A stretch of 63,989 bases of DNA, the filler included, from an uncultured bacterium (GTDB taxonomy: Bacteria > DAOPZR01), in assembly GCA_964637655.1 (NCBI GenBank). It is 7 parts of 7 records of this genome, joined end to end, with 100 filler letters (N's around TTAATTAATTAA, not from the genome) between each part and the next. Parts side by side here need not be neighbours in the genome. Positions count along the whole stretch, not along the records: positions 58,802 to 63,989 come from CAZWUZ010000271.1; 6 more parts are not named here. One strand, written 5' to 3'. The first letter of the stretch is position 1. Every line of letters begins with the position of its first letter. Shown in pieces: positions 59,826-63,989 of this stretch. The notes beneath the pieces are model-generated. The model saw nothing but the letters and a program-made list of their open reading frames with translations, was not told the DNA's origin and made no database searches. A program made the translations under genes and the position numbers.

Positions 59826-59893
59826 CTGCGGCGATGAATTGTTGACAGCAATTGACCCATACTGACCCATACTTCGCAGATCGAAATCACCTA

Positions 59894-59922
59894 TTGCTCG
59901 CGATGCAAGTATCTGATATAAT
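59894..59922 (+). promoter_or_regulatory. Cassette-internal promoter for the TA-like pair
   Basis: TTGCTC-N17-TATAAT with extended TG. Confidence 0.65.
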
Positions 59923-59943
59923 GGCAATGAACAAGGGGGGTGG

Positions 59944-60234
59944 ATGATCATGCATAAAATAGTGCGTGTGCAAGTGCTTGAGGCACAGAGGTTGCACCTC
60001 GCGTTTGATGACGGCAAGAGCGGAATTATAGATTTATCCCACCTTGTCGGAAAGGGTGTGTTTTCTCTATGGACGGATCCCGAGGCTTTCAAGCAAGTGC
60101 GTATCGGTGAGTCGGGCGAATTGTTGTGGAACGAACAGGTTGACCTGTGCCCCGATGCCCTTTACCTTGCTATAACCCGGCAAAAACCGGAAGATATATT
60201 TCCCGCTCTCAGGCGAGCAGCATCCTGTGCCTGA
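59944..60234 (+). CDS. DUF2442 family protein (putative antitoxin)
   Basis: LHLAFDDG.SG.IDL...GVF..W.D...FKQV......L.W...VDLCPDALY. Confidence 0.85.
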   Translation: MIMHKIVRVQVLEAQRLHLAFDDGKSGIIDLSHLVGKGVFSLWTDPEAFKQVRIGESGELLWNEQVDLCPDALYLAITRQKPEDIFPALRRAASCA

Positions 60235-60487
60235 AATATCCCGATTCTTCGGAATCGTGATCAAGATGTTTTTCGATGACCATAATCCGCCGCATTTTCA
60301 CGTCAGCTACGGTGATGATAATGCCCTGATAGAGATCAATACCCTTGCGGTGTTTGCCGGGCAAGTTCCCGCACGGGTTCTTGGCTTGGTAATTGAGTGG
60401 GCGGCACTTCACCAGCAAGAACTGCTGGAAGACTGGCGCCGTGCACAAAATCAGGAAACGCTAATCAAGATCGACCCATTAAAATAA
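60227..60487 (+). CDS. DUF4160 family protein (putative toxin)
   Basis: MPEISRFFGIVIKMFFDDHNPPHFHVSYG...VIEWA.LHQ.ELLEDW...KIDPL. Confidence 0.9.
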   Translation: MPEISRFFGIVIKMFFDDHNPPHFHVSYGDDNALIEINTLAVFAGQVPARVLGLVIEWAALHQQELLEDWRRAQNQETLIKIDPLK

Positions 60488-60490
60488 TTC

Positions 60491-60551
60491 GGCTAACTTC
60501 GCGTCGCAGCGGGCGCAGACAACAGCACCCGCAGGGCGCTCATCGTTGGCG
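60491..60551 (+). repeat. attC site 3
   Basis: GGCTAAC ttcgcgtcgcagcgggcgc...gcacccgcagggcgctcatc GTTGGCG, 61 bp. Confidence 0.82.
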
Positions 60552-60697
60552 TTCCTCCGGGGAACCGATTAGAAGCCCTTTCCGGCAATCGGAAAGGCCA
60601 ACACCGTATTCGTATCAATGATCAATGGCGGATATGCTTTGTCTGGCGTACCAGTGGCGTCCACGCCGTCGAGATTGTGGATGATCACAAGGGGTGA
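60551..60697 (+). pseudogene. higB: HigB (RelE/ParE family) toxin, C-terminal remnant
   Basis: VPPGNRLEALSGNRKGQHRIRINDQWRICFVW...VEIVDDH with no start codon or N-terminal half; begins at the attC3 right core site. Confidence 0.85.
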
Positions 60698-60700
60698 ACT

Positions 60701-60997
60701 ATGAAGAAGATGCCGGCAGTACATCCAGGCGAAATTCTGCATGAGGAATTTCTCAAGCCGCTGAACATCAGCCAGAATCAGCTCGGCAAAGGGCTCGGTG
60801 TATCTGCCCGAAGAATCAATGAAATCATCCACGACAAACACGCCATCACCGCGGATACCGCACTAAGGTTATCCAGATATTTTGGCAATTCCGCCAGTTT
60901 CTGGTTGGGCCTGCAAATGGACTACGAGCTCGGTATGGCCGATGCTGCCCTCTCCTCACGTGTCAACAGGGAAGTCCAGCGCCTGAAGGTCACCTGA
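60701..60997 (+). CDS. higA: HigA family antitoxin (Xre HTH)
   Basis: VHPGEILHEEFLKPLNISQ..L...LGVS.RRINEII...ITADTALRLSRYFG.SA.FWLGLQ..Y. Confidence 0.95.
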   Translation: MKKMPAVHPGEILHEEFLKPLNISQNQLGKGLGVSARRINEIIHDKHAITADTALRLSRYFGNSASFWLGLQMDYELGMADAALSSRVNREVQRLKVT

Positions 60998-61008
60998 CGT
61001 TGCGGCAG

Positions 61009-61068
61009 TGCCAATTTCGCGTTGTTGCGCTTCGCCGCTGGCGGCTGCACCGGAACTGATTGTTCCGG
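61009..61068 (+). repeat. Degenerate attC site 4
   Basis: TGCCAATttcgcg...ctgattGTTCCGG; left core roughly complements GTTGGCG of attC3; length similar to the others. Confidence 0.45.
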
Positions 61069-61108
61069 AAAGTTTTCGCGTCTGGCGCCGTTCGCACCGC
61101 GCCGCGGT

Positions 61109-63316
61109 TCAGGCGGTGAGCGAGCTGCCGGTCGCGGCCGGCGTGTCGATCTCCGTACGGAACCAGTGCGCGACGTCGCGCGTCTTGAGCGCGGTAAGGA
61201 AAGCGCGGATGATCGCGGCGTCGAACTGCGTGCCGGCGCAGCGTTCGAGTTCCGCCACCGCGTCCGGGAACGGCATCGCCGGGCGGTAGGAGCGCGTGCT
61301 GACCATGGCGTCGAACGCGTCGGCCACGGCGATGATGCGCGACGCGTAGGGGATGTTCTCCCCCGCCAGCCCGTCAGCGTAGCCGTTGCCGTCGTAGCGC
61401 TCGTGGTGGTGGCGGATAATCTTCGCCTCGCGCGCCATCTTGCGGATGGGGCTGATGATGCGCGCCCCGAGCGCGGCGTGATCCTTGATCGTCTCGTACT
61501 CCTCCGCCGTCAGCCGCCCCTTCTTGCCGAGGATCAGCGCCGGGATGCCGACCTTGCCGATGTCGTGCAGCTGCGCCGCGCGTTCGAGCGTCTGCTGGTC
61601 GTCGGCGGAGAGTTCCAGCGCGCGCCCGATGAAGGCGGAGATGCGCGTGACGCGCTCCGAGTGGCCGCGCGTGTAGGGATCCTTCGCCTCGATGGTCGCA
61701 GTGAGCGAGGCGATGCTGTTGGAAAAGAGGTCGGTGAGTTCGTCGAACATCCGCGCGTTCTCGATGGTCGAGGCGGCAAACTGCGCCAGCGCCTTGGTCA
61801 GGTCGATCTCCTCGATCTCGAACGTCCCCGTCTTGTCGATATTGAGCACGCCGATGACGCGGTTCTTGATCTTCAGCGGGAAGGCGCCGATGGCGACATA
61901 CTTCTCATCTTCGCGTGAGCGGTGGCGGTTGATGAAGCGCGCGTCGGTGGTGACATCATTGACGATGATCGGCTCGCCGGTGGAGAGCGCCAGCCCCGCC
62001 ACCCCCTCGCCCGGCTTGAGCTGCAGGTCGGCGAGGTCGGCGAAATCCATGCCGCGCGCGCCGCGGATGTCGAGCACCCCGGTGCGATCGTCGAAGAGCA
62101 TGATCGAGCCCTTGTCAGTCCCCAGCGCGCCGAGGATCTTGTCCATGATCAGGTCGAGCAGCGCCGCCCCGCTCAGGTGCGACGACATGGCGTAGGCGAT
62201 GTCGTAGATGGTCGACAGGTCGCGGATGCGCGACTGCAGCTTGGTGTTGAGGTCCTGCATCTCGCGCGTGTAGCGCTTGACGATCTCCCCCGACAGTTTC
62301 GCCTCGCGCAGCTGCCGCTCCATCTGCTGGAACATGCGCGCGTGCTTGATCGCCGTCGCCACCTGCAGCGCCACCGTGCGCACCAGGTGCAGCCGCCGCC
62401 CGGCGAAGAAATCGGGCTGCGTGCTGCACAGCAGCAGCGCCCCCGCCACGTAGTCGTCGTAGACCAGCGGGAAGATGATGACGTCGCGCAGTGACGACAG
62501 CCCCTCGTGCAGCACCGGCAGGTCGCCCGACGGGCGCAGGTACTCCTCCTGCTGCTGCAGCAGGCGGCGCAAGGCGGGCTGCAGCTGCTCGAGCAGCTGG
62601 GCGAACAGCTGCTTGCGCCGCGCGATGCCGTGGCTCTCGCGGTAGGAGAAGTTGCCGAACTCGTTGAGCAGCACCGCCGCGCTGTCGAGCTTGAAGATGC
62701 CGGCGATCTCCTGCACCACCGTGTGCGCCACGTCGGTGAAGCGCAGCGTGTTGTTCATCGCCGTGTTCAGGCGGTAGAGCGCGGTCAGTTCCCCGACCTG
62801 GTAGTCCGCCTCCTCGCCGGCGAAACACTGCTGCAGCGCCGACGCGGTGTAGGCCCCGAGCAGCTGCAGTTTCTGCCGCAGCGGCGAAGGGATGACATCA
62901 AGGGTGACGGCGGCAAGATACGCGATGCCGAGCAGCCGCCCCGCCGCCACCAGCGGCAGGGTCAGCAGCGTGCCGTGCGGCGGCAGGTAGGGAACCAGCG
63001 CCCCGGTCAGCTGTTCGAGCAGTTCCGTCAGTTCGAGCTGCAGCAGTTTCTCGCTGCGCAGCAGGTCGACCGGCACCTCGGTGAGCGCGGCGATGACGCC
63101 CTTCTGCCCCGCCGCGTCGAGCCCGTCCGCATGCTCGAGCGTGTAGCGCAGGTTGCGGTAATCGAAGCGGATGACCAGCAGCCCCTGCAGCGGCACCGCG
63201 GCCCGCACCTGCGTCGTGAACGCCGCGCACAGCGTCTGGATGTCCGCCTCGCCCGCCTGCAGCCGGCTGACCGCTACCGCCGTATCAAGTTGCTGATGGT
63301 CGAATACCTGCGCCAT
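61109..63316 (-). CDS. Multi-GAF + HD-GYP phosphodiesterase
   Basis: Up to three GAF-like segments; DPYTRGHSERV, LHDIGKVGIP, RHHHERYDGNGYADGL, RIIAVADAFDAM...RSYR, GTQFD. Confidence 0.93.
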   Translation of the reverse strand: MAQVFDHQQLDTAVAVSRLQAGEADIQTLCAAFTTQVRAAVPLQGLLVIRFDYRNLRYTLEHADGLDAAGQKGVIAALTEVPVDLLRSEKLLQLELTELLEQLTGALVPYLPPHGTLLTLPLVAAGRLLGIAYLAAVTLDVIPSPLRQKLQLLGAYTASALQQCFAGEEADYQVGELTALYRLNTAMNNTLRFTDVAHTVVQEIAGIFKLDSAAVLLNEFGNFSYRESHGIARRKQLFAQLLEQLQPALRRLLQQQEEYLRPSGDLPVLHEGLSSLRDVIIFPLVYDDYVAGALLLCSTQPDFFAGRRLHLVRTVALQVATAIKHARMFQQMERQLREAKLSGEIVKRYTREMQDLNTKLQSRIRDLSTIYDIAYAMSSHLSGAALLDLIMDKILGALGTDKGSIMLFDDRTGVLDIRGARGMDFADLADLQLKPGEGVAGLALSTGEPIIVNDVTTDARFINRHRSREDEKYVAIGAFPLKIKNRVIGVLNIDKTGTFEIEEIDLTKALAQFAASTIENARMFDELTDLFSNSIASLTATIEAKDPYTRGHSERVTRISAFIGRALELSADDQQTLERAAQLHDIGKVGIPALILGKKGRLTAEEYETIKDHAALGARIISPIRKMAREAKIIRHHHERYDGNGYADGLAGENIPYASRIIAVADAFDAMVSTRSYRPAMPFPDAVAELERCAGTQFDAAIIRAFLTALKTRDVAHWFRTEIDTPAATGSSLTA

Positions 63317-63415
63317 TGCTTCCTTCCCGCCACCCCGCGTCGTCTGCGCCGGGCCGCGCTGGACACCATGCTATTTAAAAATGTTACCACATAATTTTGT
63401 ATCCGTCAAGGAGTT

Positions 63416-63988
63416 TCATTGTGCTGTTTTCCATTGCCATAACGCATACGCCAGGTTGCGGTTATACCCGGCGCCCGCCAGACCTAGTTCCGCCGCCGCC
63501 AAATTGGCCTGCGCGTCCAGCAGGTCACTGATGGTCCCCGCTCCCGCCGCATAGCGTTCGCGCACGATGCCGAGCGATTCCGCCGCCTCGGCCGCCTCGG
63601 CGGCGGTGACGCACTGCGCGAAGGCGGTGCTGATCTCCTGCCGGACGGCGAGCGCGAGGCGCTCCTGTTCCGCCGCCGCCTGCGCGAGCTCCGCCTCCGC
63701 CTGCGCCAGTTCATGGTCGCGCCGGTACCCGTCGAACAGCGGGAAGCTGACGCTGACCCCTGCCGACCAGTCCTCATCCTCCGGCACGAAATCGTCGTCG
63801 CGCCAGCCCCCCCCGGCTTCGGCGCGCAGTTTCGGACGGAAGGCCGCCCGGGCCGCGGCCGCCGCCGCCTGCCCGGCCGCGACACGCTCTGCCGCGGCCC
63901 GCACCTCGGGCCGCACGGCCAGCGCCACGGCGAGCGCCGTGTCGCGTTCCGCCGCCGTCGGGAGCGCGGGGAGCGTCGCGTCCGCGCT
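63416..63988 (-). CDS. TolC family outer-membrane efflux protein (5' end outside window)
   Basis: RPEVRAA, SVSFPLFDG, ERYAAGAGTISDLLDAQ. Confidence 0.88.
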   Translation of the reverse strand, partial: SADATLPALPTAAERDTALAVALAVRPEVRAAAERVAAGQAAAAAARAAFRPKLRAEAGGGWRDDDFVPEDEDWSAGVSVSFPLFDGYRRDHELAQAEAELAQAAAEQERLALAVRQEISTAFAQCVTAAEAAEAAESLGIVRERYAAGAGTISDLLDAQANLAAAELGLAGAGYNRNLAYALWQWKTAQ

Positions 63989-63989
63989 G

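Larger units (their letters stand above)
58802..61068 (+). mobile_element. Integron gene-cassette array (integrase not in window)
   Basis: Three homologous attC sites plus one degenerate site separating same-strand, AT-richer ORFs. Confidence 0.85.

Noticed and set aside
59077-60551. Repeats as a CRISPR array
   Set aside because: The repeats are 61-64 bp and separated by 600-700 bp gene-containing segments, with no cas genes; this fits attC sites.

Overview
This window is not contiguous DNA. It is seven ~9.5-10 kb contigs of a GC-rich, probably diderm, uncultured bacterium, joined by 100-bp N...TTAATTAATTAA...N linkers. Adjacency across linkers is meaningless. Contig 1 carries housekeeping genes (nusG, secE, tRNA-Trp, rpmG, leuS, hpt), envelope genes and an AT-rich foreign end. 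Contig 2 has a Schlafen/AlbA_2 ATPase, tgt-yajC, TPR, M48, DUF501 and an Arg-rich PRTase. Contig 3 has accessory genes, a PilZ-PilT fusion, a stand-alone MshEN protein, MutT and a subtilase. Contig 4 has a ~1880-aa SprA (T9SS translocon)-like protein, LptF/G and a TPR protein. Contig 5 has a tightly coupled six-gene nuclease/helicase locus (NERD-SF1 helicase, two Holliday-junction-resolvase-like paralogues, a DPLG/DUF6361-like protein, a double-HKD PLD nuclease, a SNF2 helicase); this is the best candidate for an undescribed anti-phage system. Contig 6 has surE-TPR-sppA-coaD-pta-nitrilase-amrS, a strongly promoted histone-like basic protein, and two copies of an unexplained ~108-bp intergenic element. 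Contig 7 has an integron-type cassette array (three clear attC sites plus one degenerate) with ankyrin and toxin-antitoxin cassettes, then a GAF/HD-GYP protein and TolC. All family calls are from motif recognition by eye; no database search was run.
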